A stretch of 64,000 bases of DNA from a bacterium. GTDB lineage: Bacteria; SAR324; XYD2-FULL-50-16; G965216635. The notes beneath the pieces were generated by a model. It was not told the origin of the DNA. It made no database searches and worked only from the letters and a program-made list of their open reading frames with translations. Position 1 is the stretch's first letter; each line of letters begins with the position of its first letter. A program made the position numbers and the translations under genes. Below are positions 10,048 through 19,798 of the stretch, in pieces. The stretch spans positions 384,001 to 448,000 of the forward strand of contig OZ244188.1 in the NCBI GenBank assembly GCA_965216635.1, given 5' to 3'.

Positions 10048-11685
10048 CTAATGCTTGTTTTTTTTAATAGAATAACCAATCAAAACTACAGGAATAGCGC
10101 TAATAGCTAAAATAAAAAGAGAGGCAACAGCTGTTTTTTCTATCATTTCATCCGATGCGAATTGATACAAATAGATTGCCAATGTGTCAAAACCTATCGG
10201 TCTTAAAATCAACGTCAACGGCAATTCTCTGACAATTTCTACAAACAAAATTAAAAAAACAGTGACAATCTCTTTATTCAGTATAGGTAAATAAATATTT
10301 TTTAAAATTCTAAAATTGCGGTAGCCTAAATTTCTACCAGAAGCATCTAGGGAAGGAGTGATTCCAGTTAAAGATTCTCCAAAAATAGATTGGGATAAGG
10401 CACAAAATTTTATGGCGTAGGCAAAAATGAGAGTTATCAAACTCCCGCTAAAGACTAAACCTATATTATTCCCAAAAAAACTTCCCCAAAGCAGGTTCAA
10501 CCATTGATCTAGTTGATGGTTAAGCAAAATGAAACCAATAGATAAGACGGTGCCCGGTAAAGCGTAGCTTAAAACTGTGGCAGTAGTTAGACTATCTACT
10601 TTTTTATTTTCTATTTTTTGGGCGTTGTAGGCTAATAGGAAACTTATACAAAGTGTAATAAGAGTAGCCAAAGTAGCTACTTTAAGAGTATTAAGCAGAG
10701 CCACCCAAAAATCTATTTCTAGCAAACTGCTATAATTAGAAAAAGCATAGAATAATAGTATTCCAACAGGAAATAGGAAGCCAAAAAAAACGGGCAAAAA
10801 ACATATACTAACTATAATGTAGTCCAAGTATGGTGGAAATTCTTTTTTCTTTCCAGTGTAAAGATTGTCTGCTTCTATTTTTTTGTTTTTAGGGTTTATT
10901 TTATTTTCCAAAAGTACCACAAAAAGAAAAAAAACCATTAGCATAGAAGAGAGTATAGCCGCACTAGGCAAATTTCCTCTATTCAGCCAGAGATCAAAAA
11001 TTCCCAGACTAAGCGTATAAACCGAAAAATGTTCTACAGCCCCAAAATCGTGTAGACAGTGAATTAGGATTACAATCAAGCCTAAAAAAATACTTTTTTT
11101 TACTATAGGTAAAATTAAGCGGTAAAAATTTTGCCAAAAATTGTATCCCAAAAGTTGCCCCGCCTGTAATAAAACAGCAGATTGTTTTAACATTGCACTA
11201 CGAACAATAAGATACAAGTAAGGATAAAAAGAAAGGGTCAATACAAAAATAGCTCCTCCAATTCCCCTAATCTGTGGAAACCAATAATCCGCTTTGGATT
11301 GCCATCCAAAAAGCTCTCTTAAAAAACTCTGAAAAATCCCAGAGTATTCAAAAAAATCTGTATAGAGGTAAGCTAAAATATAAGGAGGGAATAGAAAGGG
11401 CAACACCAGAGCCCATTCTAGAAATTTTTTGCCCTTAAAATCAAAAAAAACTACAAACAAGGCTTGAGCGATTCCTAGTAAGGCAGAGAAAAAACAAACT
11501 CCTAAACACAAAAAAAGAGTTTGTTTTAGATAGTGCAGAAAAATAGCAAAAGGCAAATTTTGAAATTCCGCTAGGGAAGAAAAGCTGTAAAAAAGAATAC
11601 TTAAACTAGGCAAAGAAAGCAAAAATATCAATAAAATAACAACTAAAATATATTGCCTTTTTTTATGAAAAAACCAGCGTAGCAT
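10048..11685 (-). CDS. Fe(III) ABC transporter permease (FbpB-like)
   Basis: Two permease repeats; DFGAVEHF and ELPLTLILRP motifs. Confidence 0.85.
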   Translation of the reverse strand: MLRWFFHKKRQYILVVILLIFLLSLPSLSILFYSFSSLAEFQNLPFAIFLHYLKQTLFLCLGVCFFSALLGIAQALFVVFFDFKGKKFLEWALVLPFLFPPYILAYLYTDFFEYSGIFQSFLRELFGWQSKADYWFPQIRGIGGAIFVLTLSFYPYLYLIVRSAMLKQSAVLLQAGQLLGYNFWQNFYRLILPIVKKSIFLGLIVILIHCLHDFGAVEHFSVYTLSLGIFDLWLNRGNLPSAAILSSMLMVFFLFVVLLENKINPKNKKIEADNLYTGKKKEFPPYLDYIIVSICFLPVFFGFLFPVGILLFYAFSNYSSLLEIDFWVALLNTLKVATLATLITLCISFLLAYNAQKIENKKVDSLTTATVLSYALPGTVLSIGFILLNHQLDQWLNLLWGSFFGNNIGLVFSGSLITLIFAYAIKFCALSQSIFGESLTGITPSLDASGRNLGYRNFRILKNIYLPILNKEIVTVFLILFVEIVRELPLTLILRPIGFDTLAIYLYQFASDEMIEKTAVASLFILAISAIPVVLIGYSIKKNKH

Positions 11686-12350
11686 TATCGTATTACTTTT
11701 AAAGGGTTTATGTTTTCACCATTAACGATCACTTCAAAATGCAAATGCGTGCCTGTAGAACGACCTGTATTTCCCATAATTCCGATTATTTGCTGCTTTT
11801 TAACTATATCTTTTTTTTTAACTAAAATTTGATTTAGGTGGGCATAAATGGTGCGGACATTATTGCGATGCTGAATTTCTATGGATTTACCATAACCTGT
11901 TTTATAGCCTATTTGGATGATTATTCCATCTTCTACAGCAATAATATTTTTTCCTCTGTTTGCCCCAAAATCCACCCCATAGTGAAAGCGAGTGCCTCTT
12001 TTTCCATACCCAGAAGTGATAGAACCAGCAGAGGGGCGAATAAAACTCAGTTTTGTTTTTTGTTTTATTTGCGGCTTTAAAGTTTTCTGAGGGATGACTA
12101 CTAGCCTAAATCCAGCGTATAGATCCTCTGGTTCGTAGATATGATTCCTTCTTCTAACAGCCAAAACAGAATCTCCAAATTTTGCTGCTATTTTTTCTAA
12201 ACTATCCCCCGTTTGCCAAATATAAATTTGTTCTTTAGTTTGGTTAGTCTTAACAGGGTAGTTTGGCAGACAAGATACCACAAAAAAAATCAACCCTACT
12301 GCGACCAACCATCTATAAAACCTGATTATTATAAAAGTTTTATCTATCAT
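11685..12350 (-). CDS. LysM + M23 metallopeptidase lipoprotein
   Basis: GDSLEKIA (LysM); HYGVD, YAHL and TGTHLHFE motifs. Confidence 0.9.
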   Translation of the reverse strand: MIDKTFIIIRFYRWLVAVGLIFFVVSCLPNYPVKTNQTKEQIYIWQTGDSLEKIAAKFGDSVLAVRRRNHIYEPEDLYAGFRLVVIPQKTLKPQIKQKTKLSFIRPSAGSITSGYGKRGTRFHYGVDFGANRGKNIIAVEDGIIIQIGYKTGYGKSIEIQHRNNVRTIYAHLNQILVKKKDIVKKQQIIGIMGNTGRSTGTHLHFEVIVNGENINPLKVIR

Positions 12351-12429
12351 AGGAAAAAAATTATGCTAGGCTATATTGATTTTCAAAATAGATGGAAAGT
12401 GGAAATGAACAAATTTGTGGGTAATATTT

Positions 12430-12768
12430 TTACTGCGAGGTATTAGATTTTTCATTGAATAATTCCTTTAGCCAATTTTTACCATTTTTTAAAGAATCTT
12501 TGGCAATTTGTAGATTGTAATTCAATTTAACTTTATCAATAGCCTTGTATAATGGCATATCTGGTCGGTCTTGCCATGTAAAATAGGTGTGCATCACCGC
12601 TTTTTGAAAGTGTTGCGGTTTGAAAGAAGTTAAATTTTGTTTTGTTGCTTGCTGGATACATTTTTCAATAAATTTTTGATTAATTTTATCTGCTAGACCT
12701 AGATAAAATTTTTCTATTCCTCCGCTATCTTTATTGTTAGGCATAATCCATATACCTAATCTTGGCAT
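12430..12768 (-). CDS. Hypothetical protein; 5' end probably interrupted by the MITE at 12857
   Basis: Frame stays open up to the MITE and rejoins in frame to TTG at about 13159 once the MITE is removed. Confidence 0.5.
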   Translation of the reverse strand: MPRLGIWIMPNNKDSGGIEKFYLGLADKINQKFIEKCIQQATKQNLTSFKPQHFQKAVMHTYFTWQDRPDMPLYKAIDKVKLNYNLQIAKDSLKNGKNWLKELFNEKSNTSQ

Positions 12769-12856
12769 TCTTGTTTCAGTGCTAGTAAATATTAATTTTT
12801 GTTTAGAAAAATTTTGAGGTAAACGGTAAGGACATTCTTTTATCTTTTTTGTAATA

Positions 12857-13128
12857 TAGACCTTTGAATTTCGCTGATGTGACGGCTAGCCAAATGGTTA
12901 GAAAAGTGCGAAAATTTTTTTTAACTCTTGAAATACTTCAGTATTCCTACAAGTTAAAAATTTTTTTCAATGGTGTAGTGCCACAATAATGGTATCAGGG
13001 CACTACAAAACTTGTATAATCCAAAAAAGAAATGTAAAAGAGCCTCTGACTCTTTTACTATAGCCCAGACCCTATTTCAAGCAATAAGCTTGTTTTGGCT
13101 AAACTAGACAAGCAAATTCAAAAGTCTA
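12857..13128. mobile_element. MITE-like element copy (272 bp), target-site duplication taata
   Basis: tagacctttgaattt ... aaattcaaaagtcta; taata at 12852-12856 and 13129-13133. Confidence 0.88.
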
Positions 13129-13160
13129 TAATACCTGAAATTTTTAGTTTTTTCAACAAC

Positions 13161-13853
13161 TCATCTGTTAATCACATAAATATAAATAACAAAGACTACA
13201 ATAAATAGAGTCAAAATAATTATTCCTACAAAAAAATTAGACTTTTCTTTTTTTTTTACAGCAGGTGTTTGTGCTTCTTTAGAAACAAGTGCTGGAATAT
13301 CTGCTCTATCCAGTTCTTCAACTTTTCTATTGGAGAGAAAAATTTGCTCCCTTAAATTTGCAGGTACTACGCCTTCTTTGTTTGTTACTTTTTCTTTCCA
13401 TTCCGATATCCTTTCTAATGATTCTTTCTCTTCTGGCGGTTTAGGAGCGTTCAGCACATTCCCTACGAGTTTATGAAATTCTTTTTTTTCTTGTTCGTCA
13501 AATGTTTCTTTTTTATCTACTGTCTCCGAATGGAGGTAGCTTGCTGTTTTTTGATTGAGCTTTAGTAGGTTTTCATAATTAGAAAAATAAATTTCAAATT
13601 GATTTTGACAATTAGAACAAACCGCTTTTCTGTAAGGAGCAACAAATTTAGACGAAGGAATAGAATAGTTTTTTTGGCATTGACTACAAGCAGTGTCCAG
13701 CATAATGACAAACTCTTGCTCTTTTTGGGAATAAAAAGGGAAGGGAGTGTTTTCTTGGCATTGGGAACATTTTAAAAATTTTTGATACTTAGGAATTTTA
13801 TGCAGTTTGATTGCATATTTTGTTTTACAGTGGATGCATTCTATGATGTTCAT
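13161..13853 (-). CDS. Double zinc-ribbon (MJ0042-like) protein with C-terminal transmembrane anchor
   Basis: Four CxxC pairs; hydrophobic C-terminus. Confidence 0.7.
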   Translation of the reverse strand: MNIIECIHCKTKYAIKLHKIPKYQKFLKCSQCQENTPFPFYSQKEQEFVIMLDTACSQCQKNYSIPSSKFVAPYRKAVCSNCQNQFEIYFSNYENLLKLNQKTASYLHSETVDKKETFDEQEKKEFHKLVGNVLNAPKPPEEKESLERISEWKEKVTNKEGVVPANLREQIFLSNRKVEELDRADIPALVSKEAQTPAVKKKEKSNFFVGIIILTLFIVVFVIYIYVINR

Positions 13854-14398
13854 TAGATACCATTAAAATATTTTAAAAATCCATATATTACAATACCACT
13901 CAAAGATACATAAAGCCAAGCATAAAGCGTATAGCTAGAAATTGTTGTGTGCAGTTTAAACTGAGATATAAAAGCGAAGTAAAAGGTCACTAAAACTGCA
14001 GGTAAGGTGATGGCTGCTAGGATCAGGTGACTGATTAAAATAAAAAAATAAATGGGGCGAATAAAACCTTGCCCCAAAAATGCGGTAGAGCCGTGATTGT
14101 AGTGGTAGTAAATATAGCTTACCAGAAACAGAGCCGAGAAAGTGAAAGCAAGCAGCATAAATTTTTTATGGGTTGAAGTAGATTTACGACGAATTGCTCT
14201 CAAGCCACACAGAATACAAAAAGAACTAGAGGTGTTTAAAACAATGTTGAGTAGCACAAAGTAAGATAGCAATCCTGAGCTTGTTGTATTGGATTGTCCG
14301 CTTTCTTTGCCGTAGATAATAAAAAGTAGTCCTACGATGGCTACGGTGCTTAAAAGCAAAATAAAATAAACTCCTCTAAAAAGGGTGTTTTTTTTCAT
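13853..14398 (-). CDS. DUF420-family membrane protein
   Basis: HKKFM, FLVSYIYYH, ILISH and WLYVSLSG motifs. Confidence 0.8.
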   Translation of the reverse strand: MKKNTLFRGVYFILLLSTVAIVGLLFIIYGKESGQSNTTSSGLLSYFVLLNIVLNTSSSFCILCGLRAIRRKSTSTHKKFMLLAFTFSALFLVSYIYYHYNHGSTAFLGQGFIRPIYFFILISHLILAAITLPAVLVTFYFAFISQFKLHTTISSYTLYAWLYVSLSGIVIYGFLKYFNGI

Positions 14399-16356
14399 AG
14401 TGTTAAAAAGGCAATAAATTTTTCTTTTTTCAAAAGTCCAGCCTTTTGTTTTAAGATTAAATCATCTTTTGACAGCAGAACATATAAAGGCAGGGCAACA
14501 TTGCCAAAACGATTTTGTTGTAAAGCTAGATTTTTTTTAGAGTCTTCACCTATATCTGTATAAAGTCTTACTAATATAAAATGATTTTTAAATTTTGTAA
14601 ATACTTCTTTTGTAGGGAAAATATTCTGCTCCATCCAACGGCAGTTTGTGCAGCTTTTTCCGCTAAAATCCACAAAAATTGCCTTGTTTTCTGCTCGGGC
14701 TACGAGGAAGGCTTTTTCTATGGAGTTGTGCCAAATTAAGCTTTCCAATTCTTCACGGCTTACAAAATTCTTGTGTTTTAGGTAGCCATTTTTAGCACTA
14801 GGTAGCTGGGCATCTATAGTTCCTCCTAAACTTTTATCCCCTAAACCTTGGGCTAGATAAAGAATAGAAAACAAGCAAAAAAGACTAGCTATAACTCGCC
14901 CGATGGTGGGTTTGAAAACAGCTTGCCAGCTTTCTTGCCAACTTTTTTTTTTGTAAAGGGGAAAAAACAGAAAAATCAACCAAGTCAGTAAAGATAGCAT
15001 CCAAAATAAAAGAACAGAATTGCGACTAAAAAAAGAGCGTTCAAAGACTTCAGCTGCAATGTTTAAAAATCGCACCGCCGCTACTAGAGATAAAAGTCCT
15101 AGTGTGAATTGAATATTCCTTGTCCAAAAATTTTTTGCCGCAAAAATTTTTTGCGAAAAACGGAGTTTTTGAGGAAAAATAGAAAAAAGAAGTAAAGGAA
15201 AAATGAAAACAAAAGAAAAAATCATTAAACCTAAAATAGGATAAAACCAGTAGCCATAAGATGATGCTACCAAAAGAGTGCCTATGAAAGGAAAGGTGCA
15301 ACTAAGGGTAGTCAGTGTAAAAAGGGTGCCTGCGAGTAGTATTTTTAAAAACCAATATTTTTGAGCTGTTTGCCCTTTTAATAATAACCAATCCTGCCAG
15401 CGAGAAAAAACAGCTGGAATTTTTGGAGAGGCTAGTCCCAAAAAATTTAGTGCAAAAAGCAAAAAGAAGGAACTTAAAAATAGATAAGTCCAGCCACTAG
15501 ATGCTAGTTCTATTAGCGAGGTGGCTCCTAAAAAAATAGACACCAAAGAGCCCAAAAGGGTAAAACTTAAGGCTATTCCTAGTGTAAAAAAAAAGAGCTG
15601 AAAGAATGGATTTTTACCCGAATTACTATTTGAAAAAAAAAGCACAAGTAGAGGGAAAACAGCGAAAACGCAGGGAGAAATCCAAGCCAAAATTCCAGAC
15701 AAAGCAGCGAATAAAATAAAACCCAATAAACCTTTATTTGCCAAATTTTGAAAGCCAATTAGATTAGGATTAGCGTCAATTTGTCTGTTCGCAAAAGAAA
15801 AATCTTGACGAACTTCACCCTTCTCCACGAGATAGTTGACAGTTATTTCTTTTTTTTCAGGTGGAAAGCAGATTTTTTCGCTACAAAGTTGAAAAAAAAA
15901 TAAAAGTTTAAAGGATTTTTTTGCGAAAGGATGGTTTTTTTCTATAGAAAAATTCTGATAAAAAACGGGGTTATTTTTCTGTTTTTTGAGACTTATACCT
16001 AATTCGCTTTTTTCTACAACAGGGCTAGTTTCGTAAGAAAGCGATTCTAGTTTTAAAAGGGTTTGAGTAAATTCTATTTTACTTGGCAAAACAATTTCTG
16101 GGTCTTGAAAAATAGAGTAAATATACCAACCCTGTGCGATTTTTAGCGGTAGTATGATTCTGCCGTGCTCACCTCTGCGGAAGCTACCAAGATTTAAAGA
16201 AGTGGGGATTTGCAGTAGTTTTTCTTTTTTTGGAATATTTTTGAGCGGAGTAAAAACTACGCCAGATGGGAGATCCCGATTCAGTTCTTTTGTATTTTGA
16301 GCAAAAAGAAAAGTAGCAGAAAAAACAAAAACCCAAAAAATACTGATTAGTTTCAT
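14395..16356 (-). CDS. dsbD: DsbD-family thiol:disulfide interchange protein
   Basis: N-terminal CSEKIC; transmembrane SPCV and SCT motifs; thioredoxin CTNC. Confidence 0.85.
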   Translation of the reverse strand: MKLISIFWVFVFSATFLFAQNTKELNRDLPSGVVFTPLKNIPKKEKLLQIPTSLNLGSFRRGEHGRIILPLKIAQGWYIYSIFQDPEIVLPSKIEFTQTLLKLESLSYETSPVVEKSELGISLKKQKNNPVFYQNFSIEKNHPFAKKSFKLLFFFQLCSEKICFPPEKKEITVNYLVEKGEVRQDFSFANRQIDANPNLIGFQNLANKGLLGFILFAALSGILAWISPCVFAVFPLLVLFFSNSNSGKNPFFQLFFFTLGIALSFTLLGSLVSIFLGATSLIELASSGWTYLFLSSFFLLFALNFLGLASPKIPAVFSRWQDWLLLKGQTAQKYWFLKILLAGTLFTLTTLSCTFPFIGTLLVASSYGYWFYPILGLMIFSFVFIFPLLLFSIFPQKLRFSQKIFAAKNFWTRNIQFTLGLLSLVAAVRFLNIAAEVFERSFFSRNSVLLFWMLSLLTWLIFLFFPLYKKKSWQESWQAVFKPTIGRVIASLFCLFSILYLAQGLGDKSLGGTIDAQLPSAKNGYLKHKNFVSREELESLIWHNSIEKAFLVARAENKAIFVDFSGKSCTNCRWMEQNIFPTKEVFTKFKNHFILVRLYTDIGEDSKKNLALQQNRFGNVALPLYVLLSKDDLILKQKAGLLKKEKFIAFLTL

Positions 16357-16553
16357 TCTTTATTTTCTCCATCTTGGATAATCTCCACTTCCGTGTCGGA
16401 ATCTTGGGATATATTATAACTGCCATCTGCCCATTTTGCTAAATCTTGGGTTTTGCATCTCTGCGAACAAAAGGGGCGAAAAGTAGATTTACCATATTCT
16501 ATTTTTTTCCTGCAGCTAGGACATTTTACAAAAATAACTTTGTTTATTTCCAT
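16353..16553 (-). CDS. yacG: DNA gyrase inhibitor YacG
   Basis: CPSC ... RPFCSQRCKTQDLAKWA. Confidence 0.9.
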   Translation of the reverse strand: MEINKVIFVKCPSCRKKIEYGKSTFRPFCSQRCKTQDLAKWADGSYNISQDSDTEVEIIQDGENKE

Positions 16554-17720
16554 TTAAATAATCTCAAAAGGGAATTTTTTTAATTCTGCTATATTTTTTA
16601 CTCCCATTTGCATGAGATTCGTATATAGATCTGCAAGTAGGATTTGATTTACTAAATCTCCACCGTATTTTCCTAAAGCTGCTACTCCGTAAACAAAGGG
16701 TCTGCCTAAAAAAACGAAATCTGCTCCTAAAACTAAGGCTTTGATTATATCCAAACCACTACGAACGCCACTATCAAATAGAATAGGAATTTTACCTTTA
16801 ATTTTTTTTGCAATGGCTGGAAGTGCTGAAATTGAAGAAGGAGCAGCATCAAATTGTCTCCCACCGTGATTGGATACCATAATTCCGTCCAATCCAAGTT
16901 TCATTGCTTGATAGGCATCATCGGGATGCAGTATTCCTTTGATAACCAAATTTCCTTGCCATTTGTCGCGCACTTCTTTTAAGTAATCCCAAGAAAACGA
17001 GCCTTCTATTTTTTCTCCTAAAAAAGAAACTAATTTCCCCATATCTTTAGTGCTTGCATATTTCTCCATTGTTTTTAATCTTGGCAATCCAGCTAGGAGA
17101 GTAGAAAAAGTCCAAAAAGGTCTTTTAATTCCTTGCCACACAAAACTTAAATTTATTTTGGGAGGCATGTTTAATTTTGCTCTATTAGATCTTTCCCTTC
17201 TAGCAGGAGTTGGAACATCGGCTGTGATTAGTATAGTTTTAAAGCCCGAATCTTTTACTCTTTTTAAAAGATCGTCTCTCATTTCTTTGCCTTTGGGGGG
17301 ATAAAGTTGAAAAAAACCATTGTCTTTAATAAAAGGGCTTATATTTTCTGGTGTTTCTCCGGCAAGTGTACTAAGTCCGTAAGGCAAATTATAACGAGTA
17401 GCACTTTGTGCTAAAAAAGAATCTGTGTGGGGCCACATCAAACTAGTCAATCCTACTGGTGATACTCCAAAAGGGGCTTGATAGGTTTTAGTGAACAAGT
17501 TTGTAGAAAGATTCGGTCGAAAACTACCTTTAACAAATCTCGGAGTTAGCACAATTTTCTTAAAGTCTTCTGTGTTTCTTTTTAGAAGATTTTCATCGCC
17601 CGTGCCACTATCCAAATATTCCCAAGCCACTAGTGGCATTTTCTTTTTTGCTTTTTTTTCTAAATCAATAATAGCAGGATGATTTTCCATCCATTTTTGC
17701 AGTTTTTTTGTTGTTATCAT
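16554..17720 (-). CDS. lldD: FMN-dependent alpha-hydroxy acid dehydrogenase (L-lactate dehydrogenase-like)
   Basis: SNHGGRQFD, DSGVRSG and GRPF motifs. Confidence 0.8.
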   Translation of the reverse strand: MITTKKLQKWMENHPAIIDLEKKAKKKMPLVAWEYLDSGTGDENLLKRNTEDFKKIVLTPRFVKGSFRPNLSTNLFTKTYQAPFGVSPVGLTSLMWPHTDSFLAQSATRYNLPYGLSTLAGETPENISPFIKDNGFFQLYPPKGKEMRDDLLKRVKDSGFKTILITADVPTPARRERSNRAKLNMPPKINLSFVWQGIKRPFWTFSTLLAGLPRLKTMEKYASTKDMGKLVSFLGEKIEGSFSWDYLKEVRDKWQGNLVIKGILHPDDAYQAMKLGLDGIMVSNHGGRQFDAAPSSISALPAIAKKIKGKIPILFDSGVRSGLDIIKALVLGADFVFLGRPFVYGVAALGKYGGDLVNQILLADLYTNLMQMGVKNIAELKKFPFEII

Positions 17721-17803
17721 TTTTGCAGTTTTTTTGTTGTTATCATTTTTGCAGTTTTTTTGTTGTTATCATTTTTGCAGTTTTTTTGTTGTTATCATTT
17801 TTG
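17692..17803 (-). repeat. 26-bp tandem repeat, about 4.3 copies, duplicating the lldD start
   Basis: Unit catttttgcagtttttttgttgttat at 17692, 17718, 17744 and 17770. Confidence 0.95.
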
Positions 17804-17862
17804 TCTGCTTTTCTCTATCAAAAGTCTAGAAAATTTTTCTTATGTTTCTTTAACTAGCTCCT

Positions 17863-19251
17863 TCAAGGAGCATAAACTTTTGCAGGCAACCAAGTGACTA
17901 TTTCTGGAAAAATGATAAGCAAGCTAAGACCTATAAGTTGTAAAATAATGAAGGGGATGATGCCTCTGTAAATATGCTTTGTAGTGATTTCTTTGGGGGC
18001 TACTCCTCTAAGATAAAACAGAGCAAAACCTACTGGGGGAGTAAGAAAAGAAGTTTGCAGAGTAACCGCAATCAAAATAGCAAACCAAATAATTTCGGGC
18101 TGTTGTATTTGTCCAAAGCCGTTTATATCCCAATCGTATTGGAGAATAACTGGAGATAAAATGGGCAAAATAATCAAAGTGATCTCTATCCAGTCTAAGA
18201 AAAAACCTAGCAAAAAAATTAATACTAAAACAAAAAATAATAACCCGTAAGCGCCAAAAGGTAGAGATAATAAAATTTTTTCAATAAATTCATCCCCTCC
18301 TAACTGGCGTAAAACTAAAGCAAAAGCAGTTGCAGTTACAAAAATACCGTAGATAAATCCTGTGGTTTTCAGACTATCACAAGCCACTTCTTTTAAAACT
18401 TTTATATTTAACTGTCTATAATATAGTGCTAATAGAATAGCACCAAAGGCTCCAATTCCGCTTGCTTCTGTAGGAGTTGCTACGCCGAAAAAAATAGAAC
18501 CAAGTACAGCAAGAATAAGCATTATGGGAGGTAAAATAGCCTGTGTAAGATTAATGACTATTTTGAAAGAAAAAGGGACTTTGTTAGCTCTTAAAGGAAA
18601 AAATTCTGGTTTTACGAGTCCTACGGTAATCAGAAAAACAACATAAAGGCTTGCTAAAATTAAACCCGGAAATACAGCACCCATAAAAAGATCCCCTACA
18701 GATATGGCAAGTTGGTCTGCCATAATTACTAGCATTATACTTGGTGGAATTAAAATTCCGAGTGTTCCAGCGCTACAGACTGTGCCTACTGAAAGTTCTT
18801 TATTGTAGCCCTGTTTCATCATAATTGGTAAAGAAAGTAGACTTAGCAAAACTACAGAGGCTCCGATAATTCCAGTAGAGGCTGCTAAAATAACTCCAAT
18901 GACTGTAGCAGAAATTGCCAATCCTCCACGCAAAGAACCTAAAACATCTTCTAAAGCCTGCATTAACTTTTCTGCTATGCGCGATTTATCCAGCATAATT
19001 CCCATAAAAATAAATAATGGGAGTGCTACTAGAACCCAATTATTTACCAATCCCCAAATTCTATTGACGATTAAACCTATAGTGACAAAATTCAATCCTG
19101 TAGAAGTGCCTAGATAAAGATCAGAAAAGTATCCTACAAAGCTAAACAGAATAGATATTCCTGATAGAATATAGGCAATGGGATAGCCTGTAACAAGCAA
19201 GGCAATGAAACTGCCGAGCATAAAAATGACTAAAATTTCAGTGACGGTCAT
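17863..19251 (-). CDS. dctM: TRAP transporter large permease
   Basis: GTLGILIPPS, ATPTEA and SFLTPPVGF motifs. Confidence 0.92.
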   Translation of the reverse strand: MTVTEILVIFMLGSFIALLVTGYPIAYILSGISILFSFVGYFSDLYLGTSTGLNFVTIGLIVNRIWGLVNNWVLVALPLFIFMGIMLDKSRIAEKLMQALEDVLGSLRGGLAISATVIGVILAASTGIIGASVVLLSLLSLPIMMKQGYNKELSVGTVCSAGTLGILIPPSIMLVIMADQLAISVGDLFMGAVFPGLILASLYVVFLITVGLVKPEFFPLRANKVPFSFKIVINLTQAILPPIMLILAVLGSIFFGVATPTEASGIGAFGAILLALYYRQLNIKVLKEVACDSLKTTGFIYGIFVTATAFALVLRQLGGDEFIEKILLSLPFGAYGLLFFVLVLIFLLGFFLDWIEITLIILPILSPVILQYDWDINGFGQIQQPEIIWFAILIAVTLQTSFLTPPVGFALFYLRGVAPKEITTKHIYRGIIPFIILQLIGLSLLIIFPEIVTWLPAKVYAP

Positions 19252-19765
19252 TGTTTTTAACTATTTTTTTTTTGGGGAAAAGAGCCATTAAATTTACTAA
19301 AAACAAAGAAAGATTTGCCAAAAACCAGAGTATGAATCCAAATGTAATACTTCCTTTTATAATCCAGCGATAAGGTAGCCCGCTAGGAGCATTGGATCTT
19401 TCACCAGAAATAAGAGCAAAGGTAGTATATTCAACAGAATGATAAATTGTAATGAGACAAAAAGGAAAAAAAAGAATTAATGTTCCTAAGAGGGTGACTA
19501 TAATTTTTGTTTTTTTTGAAAAATTATGGGAGAAAACATCAATACTCACGTGGGCTTTTTTAAGTTGAGCGTAAGCCAAAGAAGCCATGACTAAAAAACC
19601 GTAAAGATGCCATTGAAGTTCGTCTAACTTGACGATAGTTGTGTTTAAGATATAACGCAGAAAAACTTGAATTATGACAGCTGCTGTAAGCACATAAAAC
19701 AAAATAGCCAAAATTTGGCAAACTCTTTCAACAAAACTGTCTAAAAAACAGACTATTTTTTCCAT
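19238..19765 (-). CDS. dctQ: TRAP transporter small permease
   Basis: ELQWHLYG and HVSID motifs; four transmembrane segments. Confidence 0.9.
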   Translation of the reverse strand: MEKIVCFLDSFVERVCQILAILFYVLTAAVIIQVFLRYILNTTIVKLDELQWHLYGFLVMASLAYAQLKKAHVSIDVFSHNFSKKTKIIVTLLGTLILFFPFCLITIYHSVEYTTFALISGERSNAPSGLPYRWIIKGSITFGFILWFLANLSLFLVNLMALFPKKKIVKNNDRH

Positions 19766-19798
19766 CAGAATTTTTTCTGCGTTATACCTCTTTAAAAC

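Noticed and set aside
17692..17803. 26-bp repeats as a CRISPR array
   Set aside because: No spacers; the unit is a copy of the lldD start.
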